64,000 nucleotides of DNA from Eledone cirrhosa. Lineage: Eukaryota. The stretch lies in NCBI GenBank assembly GCA_964016885.1, contig OZ024740.1, positions 402,876,001 to 402,940,000 of the forward strand, written 5' to 3'. Position 1 is the stretch's first letter. Each line of letters begins with the position of its first letter. Position numbers and translations under genes: made by a program. Positions 1 through 13,369 of the stretch are shown piece by piece. The notes below the pieces were generated by a model. The model saw nothing but the letters and a program-made list of their open reading frames with translations. It did not search any database and was not told the DNA's origin.

Positions 1-724
1 AGTCCTGTAGAAGCCATTTTTATATTAAGCACACACACATATATATAAATAATTTATATATATATATATATATTATCACATTTCTTCAAATGTGTGTTCA
101 TTCTGTAACATATTTTTTATGTTTTTATGCCACTTAATAAGTTCTTTATTTTTTTTTTTTTTCTATTTATATCTTTAATTATTTCTATGTATATCAACCT
201 TTAGCAGTTGGAATGGAGAGACAAGCGATGCTAACATAAGAGCCATTTACAGTGAACTTAGCGTGGCAGACTTCGTTCACTTGTCAACTGATGTGGTTAA
301 AATTATTCAATTTACGTGCATTGTGCTCTGATTGACCCATGACACGGTAACAAGGCCATAAATTCGGCAGACCGTTAAAAAGAATGAAACAAAACCGCCC
401 ATTTCTTTATTTTATTCTGTTATTGTTTTTTGCTTTTTTTTTGTTTTTTTTATTTGTTATTTTATCGTTCATTTGTTTATTATTTGTTTCTTTTTCGCGC
501 TTTTTCTATTTATTTTTTTATTTTTCATATTTTTGTTTTCATTCATGTTTTTTTGTGTATTCTTTGTTTGGTTTATTTATTTATTCATTCATTGTATAGC
601 TTACCTCTCCCCGCCTTTGTCCTATATCCCCTCACACCACCACTATCTTCTCCTTAATCTTATTTATTTTGCAGTGAGGCTGGGAGGGGATATATATAAA
701 ACACACACACACTCTCTCACATAC

Positions 725-799
725 TGGTAGAGGCAGATCAGTGTTCAGGTGATCCTGTGGACGGGTGTTTGGCTGTGTGGGCGGCAGTTCTTTATGGAG
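725..799 (-). CDS. Candidate isolated internal exon of a host gene (LHKELPPTQPNTRPQDHLNTDLPLP)
   Basis: On the minus strand: polypyrimidine acceptor ctctttcttttgtctgcttgttAG, 75 nt open in phase 0, donor GTATGT; GC-richer than flanks. No homology recognised. Confidence 0.4.
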
Positions 800-1344
800 C
801 TAACAAGCAGACAAAAGAAAGAGTCGAGAAAATAAATGAAACAACTATAAGAGCATCCAAAAAAGTCGCACAAGTCATGCATATTGTTGTTGGATTAGTT
901 GTTGTTGTTGTTGTTGTTGTCACTATTGTTGCTGTTTATAGTGTTGTTTTTGTTAGGTTTGTTGTTTTTGTTGTTCTAGTTATTGTTAAGCTATGATAGG
1001 TGGAGAAAGGCTCAGAAAAAGAAAAGAAAAGGCGGAAAATGGGAAAAATAAAAGTTAGACTGAGGGCAGGAAATGAAGGCTATTCTGAATAGGATAACTA
1101 AAGAATGAGTGTAGCTTCGTTTACCAATGAATGGCAAGAGGCCATGACAAAATGATCACTGACCAGGATTGTTAAGGGAGTTATCCTGCCTATCTGATTG
1201 ATTTCAGATTGATTACTTATCAATTTAGCGAAAAGGTGAACTTTGTATACACAGCGGTCATCGACGTCATCATGGCAGTCATCTTTTAACACCACCTGCC
1301 ACTGATAATACCCATCTACTGTGTAACCTGCTTCTTTATTACTA

Positions 1345-1524
1345 GTGATGATGAAGCTGCTGCTGTTGTTGATGACGATGATGATGGTGATGATGATGGT
1401 TATGATGATGGTGATGGTGGTGATGAGGGTTATAATGATGTTAGTGGGGGATCTTGTTGGTGAGGTTGGTGATGCTGATGAAGGTGATTATGTTGGTAAT
1501 AAGAAAAATCATGACCATGATGAG

Positions 1525-1555
<31 letters not shown>

Positions 1556-1610
1556 AGGAGGTGGAGGATGATATATCACTACCATCATCGACGTCAACTT
1601 CGTGGTCGGT
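1345..1610. repeat. (GAT/GGT)n trinucleotide low-complexity region
   Basis: Imperfect ATG/GAT repeats give poly-M/D/H ORFs in several frames. Confidence 0.8.
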
Positions 1611-2507
1611 GTTATGGTCACTCACATTTTCAGCGCGGTGATAACCATTCTTCTTTAATGATTTCTTCTTATTTAATTACTCCCAGCCCCTCGCTATGTC
1701 TAATGGTGTCTCCGGCAGTATTATTACCATTAACAACAACAGAATACAAACAACAACATGCTCTTTTTTATCCGGATTCTTATTGTGTCATATGTTTATT
1801 AATGGTATACATGTATCTTTAGATCGACTGTATTTAAGAAGGGGTGGATTGATGTTGACATGTGTTTCTGGTTAAAAACCAGCACCAAACAAATAAGTAA
1901 ATAAAAATAACAGCAATAAAAACTAATGACAAATGTACTTCTAGTAGACTGTGCTGTTTTCTTTTTATTTATTGGTTTTGTTTTTTGTTCATATGGCACC
2001 CCTAAAACTATATAATGTAATGGTTAAGGCACCAGGGATGCTAACATCTATTAAATGCATAGATTCCATCCTTCAATGTCAACACAGTCCTGACAATTTC
2101 TGATTGTTTTGTCTCACGAACTTTCACTTCGACTTAAACAATATACCCCCATGTAATTAATTATCAGGAAAATGCTAGTTACTCTTACAAAGTCACTTGG
2201 GATAATTTGAATACTGAAACTCTCACCTGGATAGAAGATTTATTGATGAACTTACTCATTCAATGCATCCAATGATTCACACCAGCCAAAACACAAATAC
2301 ATTTGGGAAGGTTGCTCTCAAGGCAAGTGAGAGTCGGACTAAAAGGACCTTAATATGTTGCATCACAGATGGTCGCACAACACACGCATATATCATACAG
2401 GCGCGTATAATTAATATATATATATATGTGTGTGTGTATGTATGTATGTATGTATGTATATATATATATATTTATAATATATATATATATATATGTATGT
2501 ATGTATG

Positions 2508-2575
<68 letters not shown>

Positions 2576-2974
2576 CACGCGCATTCAACCATACTCAAAT
2601 ATATATTCATTTGGGAATATAATCTAAATTCATTGATGACATTTTATATCGTTCATAACTACAAACGCTCATGCGTCTGTATATATATAATTATATACGT
2701 ACACACATACATACACACACTTATATATATATATATATATGTATGTATATGTATGTATATATGTGTGTTGTCAGAAAGGCAAACAGAAACAACAATGCAA
2801 ACGACACAGTGCAATGAAGAAATATATTATTAGATTTACGCTTGACATTGTAGGAAAAGAGTGTCAACGTTTCGGACGCTAGTCTTTCATCAGAAAATAG
2901 AATGAGACATAGAAGGATTGAGGAGACTGGCAGTGGCAGAACACTGGTGGGTTATATCCATAGGACGACTTAGG

Positions 2975-3125
2975 TAGAAGTAGTTCCACATCAGTTAATT
3001 CACCATTATCGAGGGCAATTTGTTTCACCTTAGACGGTTTGAAAAAGTTTTAAACCGAACTGATGTTCCGTCTAAGGTGAAACAAATTGTTCTTGGAAAT
3101 AGCGAATTAACTGTTGTGGAACTAC

Positions 3126-3130
<5 letters not shown>
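2975..3130. mobile_element. Fold-back insert next to (TA)n with degenerate hammerhead-like core
   Basis: Arms tagaagtagttccacatcagttaattc / gaattaactgttgtggaactacttcta and caatttgtttcaccttagacgg / ccgtctaaggtgaaacaaattg; CTGATGT...GAAACAAATTGTT on + strand. Confidence 0.55.
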
Positions 3131-3164
<34 letters not shown>

Positions 3165-3171
<7 letters not shown>

Positions 3172-3220
3172 AATTTATATCTAGTAACATTTAAATGTTA
3201 CTAGATATAAATTCCTTATA
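3165..3220. repeat. Perfect 56-bp palindrome abutting (TA)n
   Basis: tataaggaatttatatctagtaacattt|aaatgttactagatataaattccttata, no spacer. Confidence 0.9.
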
Positions 3221-3490
3221 ATTATCTCCAATTCATTTGTCGAGCAATATTTGGCCATGACTGCTACTATGGTAGTAGGCTGGTCGCTGTCTTATTAACC
3301 ACTCGCTTTCCACTGATTGACCTCGATGTCACGTGATTGATTCATTTTGAATTTGCCACAGACATAGAGGCAGTGATTTTCTCAATGGCTAGGAATCCAG
3401 TCCACGCTTCGCTATTTCCTTTCCACTGAATTATTTTTTTAATAAGTTTCCAGAGTCCTCGCTATGCCTGGAGACTTACACGGAAAAAGA

Positions 3491-3571
3491 CTTTCCTGGT
3501 GACGGAATGATTTTTTATATGTTTCTTCGGAAAATATATTTACTCCATTCCAGAAACTAATTAGTTGGAAG
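3491..3571 (+). ncRNA. Type I hammerhead-like motif (A6G core variant)
   Basis: Stem I CTTTC/GGAAG, core CTGGTGA, stem II GGAATG/CATTCC with inner cUUCGg hairpin, GAAAC-TAATTA-GTT palindromic stem III. Homologous to 63903-63982. Confidence 0.7.
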
Positions 3572-3617
3572 TGATTTTTTAGTAAGTAAGTTAATTTTAT
3601 AATTTTCTTATTTTACG

Positions 3618-3648
<31 letters not shown>

Positions 3649-3654
3649 GAATAT

Positions 3655-4110
3655 ATACAATCCTGGCCTGACTGTAGTTTGACATTAATACCAAACTTCC
3701 TTCCTCTTTCTTTCTGTATTTCTCCTTGTAGCTGGACATTAACCCTGACTTTTCTTCTTCTTCCTTTTCTTCCTTCCCCCTTCTTCTCTCTTTCTTTTTT
3801 CTTGTGGCACGATATTAACGCTGACTTATGTTCCTCTCCCTTTCTCTTTTCCTCTATTTGACCGGTAGTAGCACACTATAAGCTTTAACCACGTCACTTG
3901 AGGGCGACCGGCAAAGGTAGAAGATGCTGGATGGCGGTCGTCCTCCGGTCTTTGATTTTCAGCCCCATGGATTTTATCTATTGCTTTCACTTATTATATT
4001 TCGAATATCTGATGATATCACCGGATTCATACGGAAACCGGTCATTGAAATGATCATAGTATAATAAACCTTTCAAGGATTTACACAAGTTCAGCCTCCT
4101 GTCATTTCAT
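3655..4110 (+). mobile_element. Non-coding PLE-type 3' fragment between (TA)n tracts, hammerhead-like core at 4009-4043
   Basis: CTGATGA...GAAACCGGTC; 3895-4105 is homologous to the reverse complement of 53745-53955. Confidence 0.6.
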
Positions 4111-4191
4111 TATAATATATATATATATGCTTGTGTGTATATATATATGCTTGTATATTTATATATATGGTTCCTTACCACATCTCCTTCG

Positions 4192-4269
<78 letters not shown>

Positions 4270-5812
4270 TCAATGTTTGTGTGTGTGTGTGTTTCTCTCT
4301 TCATCCATACTAAAGATTATGCAATTAAATCATACAGACCCAGTTATAAAATCAAAATCTGTAAAGCAACTAAAGGTTGTTGAAATTTTCTGTTGCTTCG
4401 GTGTTTGTGTAGCCAGGTTAGGAAAAGAAAGACAATTGCATTGCCAGCATGTCATAAACTATCAAAGATATGGAAGTCATTCCTGAGGAAGAGTATTAAG
4501 AGCAGACTCGTTTTAGCGGTGAAATCTATCTTGTTAAATAATTGCTTGATTCGGACTCTTACGCAAAGATTTGAAATTCAACTGGGTGGAATATAATCCC
4601 GTGAGTTAAAGATGATTCAGAAAAACATTTGAAGCATCACATGCCAATAAAATAATTGTGAAAGGCTGCTAAAATTAACACAAAAGATGACTTCATTTAG
4701 TTGTGATTAGCAATACATTGTGATAAACATCGTGGAGAAATAGTCCCAAAGCTAATGTTAGGGCAGCCAATAGATGGCTAGAGTATTCGCAATAAAGAGC
4801 ACATCAGATGAAGCTAAATCAAATTATTTTACCGACTATCTTGCGACTCTGCCTATAAGTCTTGTAGTCCATGTTATTGCTTAACTAGCATCAATTATTT
4901 GGTCTACTTCTATGACTAATATATTTGTGTGCTACTCCTCCTATATTTATACTATCACTTTATGTGTTGTATGTCTATTTGTTTTCATTTAATGTGTAAC
5001 CCGTGTCAATAATTTCATGAGACTTTATTTTCTCATCTTTAATGATTCTTTCTAATATTCGCACACGACCAACAAATTGGGGATAAGAAATAGTCGACTA
5101 TATAGGCCTCAGTGCATAACTGGTACTTTATATTATCGAGCCCAGAAGGATGGATGAAAGGTAAAGTTGACATGAGTGTGGATTTAAAATCAGAAGACAT
5201 TTGTTCGGTACTATAACAACTTTGCCATTGCAATGCCTGTTCACCTTAAAAAATAATATTAGAATTGGTATCGATAAATATCATAGCCTGTTCAAATTCT
5301 TGTAACAAAAATGATAAAATTTACATCATATTTCAAAAAAAAAAATTCCAAATTCATGCGCATAACAATTCTCAACGGGTAGCTTGTTCAACTGACAGCA
5401 GAGATTTCCTGGACCTATGAACACATGAGTATGCACACACTCCTGTACATACATAAAAGAAAGAAATATATTTTAAGGAAAATATTTTAATATATCATAG
5501 TTGTTTTGCTCCTGTCTCTGTACATTAGCGGAGGCTATTGTCACAATTGCTATTTTTATTTTGTCTCCTACTGACGTTGCAGTATTTTTCCATACTACCC
5601 GACTCTGTTAAACCCCTAAAAAATATATTATGGTAGTGTAAAGCTGCTGAATTAGAAACGGCACTGATATTGTATGGCTTTGATCAGTGGAGCATGCTAA
5701 AGACACTAGAATTATTCGTGTATTTAAAGCATTGTTTCCCCCATTGTTACCAGAGGGGAACAGAAACAAAGACTTCAACAAGCATCTACTCATTCTTGTT
5801 GCTGCTGATAGA

Positions 5813-5859
<47 letters not shown>

Positions 5860-6322
5860 GGACAGCGGATTAGCAGTATCGGTAGAGCGTCGGACAACAT
5901 GCTTCCATGCTTCGTGGCATAGAGTTACGGGCCTTCACGTTCTGTGTTCAAATCTCGCTGAGGTTCGCTTTGCCTTACATCCTTATGGGGCCGATAAAAG
6001 AAAGCACCAGTAATGCACTGGGATGATTTAATCGACTTTCCCCTCCTCCAAAATTGCTGGTCTTGTGCCTATATAAGAAACCATTATTATTAAGGGCGGT
6101 GGATTGGCAGTATCGGTAGAAGGTAGAAGGTCGGACGCCATGCATCGCAGCATAGAGTTACGGCCCTTTATGATCTGAATTCAAATTCCGCCGAGGTTAA
6201 CTTTGCCTTTCATCCTTACGGGGTCGATAAAATAAAGTAACAGTCAGGCACTGGGGTCGATTTAATCAACTTTCCCCTCCCCAAAAATTTCTGGCCTTGT
6301 GCCTATATAAGAAACCATTATT
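5860..6322 (+). mobile_element. Two tandem copies of a tRNA-derived SINE
   Basis: A-box-like TGGCAGTATCGG, B-box GTTCAAATC, core aactttgcctttcatccttacggggtcgataaaa, (ATT)n tail; copies about 5860-6091 and 6093-6322. Confidence 0.85.
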
Positions 6323-7104
6323 TTCTCAGTCATTGATGTTATTTATTATTTTCTCAGTCATTGATTTTATTTAACTGAAAAGATTTTTCAGATGAACATC
6401 AAGCTGCAACTACAGCCTCAGATATTCAGGAAGTGTTGGAGTGTTCTTGCTGTTTGGGAATAGCAAGCCTTTTGCAGTAGTCCAACAAAGGGGGTTTGAC
6501 TATATTATACCCATTTGTTTTGCACTGACCTGTTCGCATCGGCTTGTATAACTTTGTATTTTTTCACTTGTATACAAGGGCTTTCTGCCAATTTGTTTGT
6601 CACAGACTGTTTGTAGAGTGCCTGAATTGACCCTCAAGGCGGCCCCCATAATATTTGGACCAAATTCTTTTTGAAAAGCCCCAAAAATCTTCAAAGTTTC
6701 CAAATGGAAATATGGAGGTACCCCCAACACCCGCCCACCCCCACGCCCACCCAACAAACGGAAAACGAGTGTGATGATACTGAAGGATGGAATACCTTAG
6801 GAGCGAGGAACAAAGAACTCTCACCCTTCACCCCTGAAAAGGAGGGTGAATCAAACAAAGATAAGTGAAGACGTCGACGCCACCACCACTATCACCGTCA
6901 ACAGCCCCAACTCCACAATCTTTAAAAAAAAGTTTCCCGAGGCAATTGGAGACTATCGAGGGACTTGAAGACAATATACACTGACATTCTCGTGGAGAAA
7001 CCCACCATCGGCCGGAGGTATTTATCATCCACCCTCCTTCCAAAACACCAAAGGTAAAGTAAGTTTTCCCCCCTCTCATCTGTTTTCCTTCTATCTTATG
7101 TAAC

Positions 7105-7360
7105 ATAGCTTCTCTCAGGGTAGGCAGTATAAATGCACGTCACCTGGGGTCCTCTAGGAAGCAGAGCTATCTGCTCAATGATGTCAGGTCGTTAAACATT
7201 GATGTAGTGGCTATCAGTGAGGCCAGAATCTTTGAGGCTCAGGCTTTCGCACCCATTTCGGATGGATACCAGGTGTACGCATCTCCAAGCAGTCCGGGAT
7301 CTGAGGATGGAGTGGTAATGTTGTTCAGGAGATGTCTGGAATTTGAGATACAGACCAACA
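7105..7360 (+). pseudogene. L1/Tx1-like LINE apurinic endonuclease N-terminal fragment
   Basis: Manual translation IASLRVGSINARHLGSSRKQSYLLNDVRSLNIDVVAISEARI...GVVMLFRR matches the APE pattern (xNxxG, DxxxxxE, GVxxL). Upstream 6420-7080 may be a decayed ORF1. Confidence 0.7.
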
Positions 7361-9554
7361 CTAATATGCATTTCTAACACATCTAGTATCAGTCCTACTA
7401 CTTTTTAGAATGACAAAGAGTAGGGACATTCGTGTGTAGTTAAACTTCATTTCTCAACATGCCCCGGTATCACATCTGCCGACACAAAAATAGATGACAT
7501 TTAGAACGGATAAACAGATAAAGGGAAAAAAGAAAAGAAAGAAAAGTCCCTAACAGGAAGGCACAATTACCAAGAGCTGGAAGAGAGATGTCTATAAGAA
7601 GAAAGAACATCAACAGTAACAAATGCAAGGTCCCATCTTTACATTCACATTTGCTCTAAACCTCAATATCAAAGGATGAAATAACAACAATCACAAGTAT
7701 TAAAATAGTGGTTGAAGTGGGGGAGGCAGAAACGCCCTTCAGCAAAAGAGAACTAATGGTTGAAAAGAATAGTAGTAGCTTAAACAATATTTTAAAACAA
7801 AGCGTTACCCCAAATACCCGGACGCATTTACAGCTATACACAAATCAACTATTAAAGAGGCTTTTTATGTTCCCTATCAAGGCAAATTATTTTCACTTCT
7901 CTTGATTGTTCACACTATGATGTATATATGTACGTAACCTGTGATTTGTTTGTAAGCAAAACACTAAAGAATCTCATGTCGATCTTTATAAATGTGTTAG
8001 TCATGTTTTTGACACCAGTTTTCTAATCCAAATTTTTGAATGACCTAGAAATTTAAAATTTATTTGATCATCCTAGTTCAAGGTTGTAAGGTAATGTTGG
8101 TTCGGAAAAGTCAAATAAAAGAGTTTTTATTAGTTACCATTAACACGAATTGTCATCCAGGATTGTGTAGAGAATGATAAAAAGTCCCGAAGCTATTGGT
8201 AATTTATGTTTCAGCATAGACACGAAATCCTACTTTTAGCCGCCCGAATGTATTTTGTTTAAGTCGCACAATAAAATATTATCTTCGATGCACATTCGAT
8301 CTGTGTGGGAGAGAGATATACAGTACCACCTAAAAGCTTCTCCAACTTGACTAGCAGTCTCCAACAGGTTGATAGATTTCGAACGGTCAGAATGAAACAT
8401 TGCGCGTGTCTTCAAATCGAAATAGATTCACCAAATATAGTATAGCAAACGTTTTCATAAGGTTTAAAGATGTAGATTTTATGCAGTTCCTCATAATTCA
8501 CCAGTCAGAACACAAAATACTGATTTGTCTAGTTGGGTTATATAAAACTCCTAGAGAGGGATCGGCTTGGTGGTATTTCAACATGCCATTCCGTGGAAAG
8601 AAGGTCACGTGAACTAGATCCCAGATTTATTTAATTCCATAATAATTCAAATGCTGTGGCTTATTTTAAAGTGAAAAACAAATCAGGACAATTAATTGCC
8701 TGTAAATATAAATACGTGGTGGTTCTTTTTGAAAATAGGATTAAGTAATTTCTTTTGTCTTGTAATTATGGTAAAAGTAAAAATTAAATAAGCTTAGGAC
8801 AGGGATTTTGGTTTCCTTATCCGCACACATATAACATGCACACACATGCGCACACGCACACACACGCACGCACCAACACACATGAGTCACACACACACAC
8901 ACATATATATATATATAACTGAACAACCGCTTGCCTGCATCTTCTATTACTAAACGAAACATCATTTTAAGATTGTTACGTAGGCATATCAGCAAAAACT
9001 TAAAGAGAGCATGAGAATACATTGGTAAAAAGTATACTTCTGTCATATGAAAATTCCCCAATGCTGTAACTATTATTATACAACAAAAAGAATACTTAGA
9101 ACAAGAAAATATGATGAGCGAAATGTTGTAGGAGTAGAGGTTGGTGCTGATCGCATTCAAACTGAGATATACAAAACATTGTATTTCAATTCGTGTCGCT
9201 TAGTTGACTCTGGAAATAATTTTCCAGACAATTCAAATAAGTAAGCAAAATGTATGAATGTCCACACAGATTCAGACGCAGACACAAACACACACCCACT
9301 GATATATACAGACGACCGCTCATATATATCTATATTTATATGCATATATATATATATATATATATACAGTATTTTCCGTTGTGTTGTAATATAAATATTA
9401 CACACAGTAGATTATCAGCTCACGTAGAGTTTGCTATATATATATATATAATATTCAAGTGTGAAATAATAATAATAACTTTTGTACTGCCTCTTCGCTT
9501 CCACGTTTTTTTGTTTTCTGTTTACCGTCGCAACTTTAAAATATATATATATGC

Positions 9555-9632
<78 letters not shown>

Positions 9633-9641
9633 TATTTTTAT

Positions 9642-9855
9642 TTTTTTTATTTTATAGAAGGAGCTTCTACAGGACTAGTACTGTTTCATTCAGATGAAAT
9701 CTTCAGGAAGCACAGAGGCTTCCTGAAGATTTCATCTGAATGAAACAGTACTAGTCCTGTAGAAGCTCCTTCTATAAAATAAAAAAATGTTTACTCTGCC
9801 ATGTATTGAGTACCTTACTTACTGTGGTTATCCCCGACTCTACCCGGGACCTACG
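9642..9855. mobile_element. Fold-back PLE-type insert in (TA)n with a hammerhead on each strand
   Basis: About 70-bp perfect arms 9642-9711 and 9718-9787 with a 6-nt spacer; tail homologous to 33006-33108 and to 1-25. Confidence 0.8.
9718..9766 (+). ncRNA. Type I hammerhead ribozyme (mirror copy 9663-9711 on minus)
   Basis: GCTTC-CTGAAGA-tTTCAtcTGAAt-GAAACAG-tactagtc-CTGTA|GAAGC; stems I and III pair, loop contains palindrome ACTAGT. Confidence 0.8.
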
Positions 9856-9876
9856 TATATATATATATATATATAT

Positions 9877-10071
9877 AGGAACGAGTAGGACCCCGACGGC
9901 TGAGCTCAACCCGTTTCGACGGCTAATTCTGAGTCAACAATTAGCCGTCGAAACGGCTTGAGCTCAGCCGTCGGGGTCCTACTCGTTCCTATTACCCACT
10001 CTACTAACCTAAGTATTTAGTACTTTGGTGCGTTATGCTCCACCTGGTTCCTTACCACATTTCCTTCGTTA
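9877..10071. mobile_element. Short fold-back derivative of the 44920-47560 PLE 3' end (family A)
   Basis: gaccccgacggc...gccgtcggggtc palindrome 9877-9990 plus tail ending cttcgtt(ata); flanked by (TA)n. Confidence 0.85.
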
Positions 10072-10159
10072 TATGTATATATATATATATTTATTATAAG
10101 AACAGATGAGTCTTCACATTTACTATTATATATATATATGTATACATATATATATATAT

Positions 10160-10212
<53 letters not shown>

Positions 10213-10633
10213 GTATATGCGCGAAGGTGTGTATGCATGTTAGTGTTTTTGTGTTTTTGCGAGTGTGTGTTTATGTGAGTGTGTGTTTATGTGTTATGTT
10301 GACTACACAACAACGTTTATATTTAGAAGTTTTTATCAATGATTTTTACAAATGAACAAATAAATCCCTATTCATTCCAAAGAAGTATAAGATGGAAATG
10401 TTGCATATATGGTTAAAATCTAAAAACGGAAAAGGATGGGGAAGGCACGGGATCTAGGGTCACAGAAGAATGAGAATGGGAAGGGGGATAATGGGTGCGG
10501 TGGTGTTATGGACTGAGCCCTGGGGACAAGACCGCAAGCATTCCCGCGGAAAATGGCCAGCGACACCCGCTGCATCGGCCACTCCACCTCTCAGAGTTCC
10601 TTCCTCAGACAGACTGCTGATTTGACATTAATG

Positions 10634-10820
10634 GGGAATTGGCAGTATCGGTAGATGGTCGGACGCCATGCTTTGCAGCAAAGAGTTACGGCCCTTTGTG
10701 GTCTGAGTTCAAATCCTGCCGAGGTTAACTTTGCTATTTATCCTTACGAGGTCGATAAAATAAAGTACCAGTAATAAACTGGAATAATTGCTGGCCTTGT
10801 GCCAAAAGTAGAAACAAATA
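10634..10820 (+). mobile_element. tRNA-derived SINE copy
   Basis: Same A/B boxes and core as 6093-6322. Confidence 0.85.
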
Positions 10821-11271
10821 TTTATAAGACTTTTGTTTCAAGCTTTTGTGTTCCTGAATTCGTTATCATCCAGTGATATCTTTGTCTTCATCATCTGAAT
10901 GCCTTGGTGTTATGTTTTGCAGTAGCAAGTAAAGGATTCATACGAATATTATATCCGATAAGATTCCTATGATTAATAAATTGCTTAACTCGCATCTCCT
11001 ATTAATGAAACATCTGACAGTATTGTCCTTTTAAGTGTAATTCTACATAGGGTGTTAGTATATCAACTAATGTTCATATATCTAGTGTTTGTTTCTTGTA
11101 ATTTAAATAAAAAGAAATAGCGGTGGTTGCCGTAGCAGCAGCAGCAATAGTAGTAATAGCAGAAGTAGCAATAGCAGCAGTAGTAGTGGAGGAGGAGGAA
11201 GAAGAAGAAGCCTGTCGACCTTTCACTATATGTAAATGAGTTATCAGGAAAATTATTAATTTCTTAAATAT

Positions 11272-11415
11272 CTCGGTATTACTGGTACTTTATTTTATCG
11301 ACCCCGTAAGGATGAAAGGCAAATTTACCTCAGCGGGATTTGAACTCAGATCATAAAGGGCCGTAACTCTATGCTGCAAAGCATGGTGTCCGACTCTCTA
11401 CCGATACTGTCAATC
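11272..11415 (-). mobile_element. tRNA-derived SINE copy
   Basis: Reverse complement of the SINE core and B box. Confidence 0.85.
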
Positions 11416-12115
11416 CTATGGCATACGTATAGTATGTTTTTACACTGATACTAAGATAATTGTGATAAGATCACTGAGTATTCTTTGCCCCCCCCCCCTT
11501 TTTTTTTCTTACTAAATTCTATATTACAGGATTATACAATAAAGATATTCTTCCGAGTAAAATACTCACAATATAGAATTTTAAACGAAACTGTGAGAAA
11601 TGCGTATTTGAAGGATCTGTACACTTTCTGATGAAGTCTCAACAAAGACTGAACCTCGAGTTAGGCTTCTTTATCTTTTTCAATCTACGTAGAATACGCA
11701 AATAAAACAAGTGTCCGTGTTATATGTTAAAACAGTGTGTTTTCATACATATTCCTCGTAGCTTCGGGTAAAAATCTATACTCTTTGTGCAGATCTGAAT
11801 TTATAATTTAGTGCAAGATTTAAGATATAATTGAATTAACGTAAATACTAAAATTATGCAAATTAGCAGATCATATATCATCTACTTAGAGAACAATTTA
11901 ATATATAAATATATACGTGTGTGGGATGTGTGTCTGTGTGCGTGTGTGTGTGCGTGCGTGCGTGCATGCATGCGTGTGTGTGTGTAATATTGATGCTATT
12001 GAGAGAAATACAATGAATTCTTTCGTAAATTGTTATATGAAATTACGCGTTGTTTTGTTCTGAGAATTATTTATATTTGAATATTCAAATTCGGAGAAAC
12101 AAATACACATACACA

Positions 12116-12146
<31 letters not shown>

Positions 12147-12713
12147 CATACATACATACATACATACACACATGCATACATACATACACTCACATACACA
12201 TATCCTAACCACTATGATTGCTTATATTAATTAGTTATTCACCTAGGCAGCATTTGCACTGTTTTGCAAACTAGACAGACTAGATTTTTGTCAAAGAAGT
12301 TGTGATTACTATAAATAACTATTAGCTATTATTGTTTTTCTGAACAGAAAGTGCATAAAGCGTTAATAAACATTGAAACTCTAATCCTTATTTGTCTGGC
12401 TAAAAGACAACAGAGAAAAGCCTGTTATTTAACAAAGATTTTTAATTTTCACAGCGAATCTAAATAATGTTTACTAAAATCACACGGTCGTAAATCTACT
12501 AATAATGCACCTTATGAATTACGTATATGCTGTACAGATAGAGACAGTAAATTTTAATGTTACAGTAAGTTCAATCGCAAAGATTTTATTTATTTATTTT
12601 ATACTGTAAGTAATGATCTAATAATTCATGTCATCTGAATCCTTCCTGGATTGTATTTCCATTTTCACCGAGTTTTCTCTGTACAATCCTTGTTTAGTCG
12701 TATAGTCGTTATC

Positions 12714-12766
<53 letters not shown>

Positions 12767-12851
12767 AAGGTATATATTGAGTTAGAAACTCAAAATAATC
12801 TCTTACAATAAAATAGCTCTAGAAAGAGATTTTTCCGAGCCGTATATTATA

Positions 12852-12965
12852 ATTGAATATAAAAGAAAAACGAACACAGATATATGCATGTATGTGTAGC
12901 AAATCTGGTCCCTTACAATTTGAACACATATATGTATATATCTGATTTCGTTTTTCTTTCATATT

Positions 12966-12970
<5 letters not shown>
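12852..12970. mobile_element. Short fold-back relative of the 38510-39000 family
   Basis: Inverted ends; shares ggtcccttac.atttgaa.acatat with 38970-38995. Confidence 0.65.
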
Positions 12971-13020
<50 letters not shown>

Positions 13021-13024
<4 letters not shown>

Positions 13025-13330
13025 TAAGAGGAATTCCAACTTTGTCTGATTACTCGTTTTATTTACAATCCTTTAAAATTTATAATGGTATTATAATGAA
13101 ATAGTATGATAGAATATTAAATTATAAGTGTTAATTGAACAAGTACTTTCATGCTTTCGCAATCTTCAGGTTCATAATATGTGGTGACAGTCAAGTTTGC
13201 AATTTTCTACTGTGAAAATTGCAAACTTGACTGTCACCACATTGTAAATAAAACGAGTAAATCAGACAAAGTTGGAATTCCTCTTATTAATATAATCTTC
13301 TATACACAATCATACACACCCGTGTATATT
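13021..13330. mobile_element. Fold-back PLE-type insert with minimal hammerhead (13136-13174, minus)
   Basis: Nested inverted repeats; same family at 43000-43245 and 49838-50100. Confidence 0.8.
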
Positions 13331-13369
13331 TATCTATCTATCTATCTATCTATATATATATATATACCA

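Noticed and set aside
1345-1822. His/Asp/Met-rich ORFs
   Set aside because: Trinucleotide repeat with stops in the plausible frames and no clear splice signals; an exon cannot be fully excluded.
11628-11660. CTGATGA-AGTCT/AGACT-GAAC hammerhead-like motif (also 19430, 40913, 53215)
   Set aside because: GAAA or stems I and III are missing; at best decayed, so not counted.
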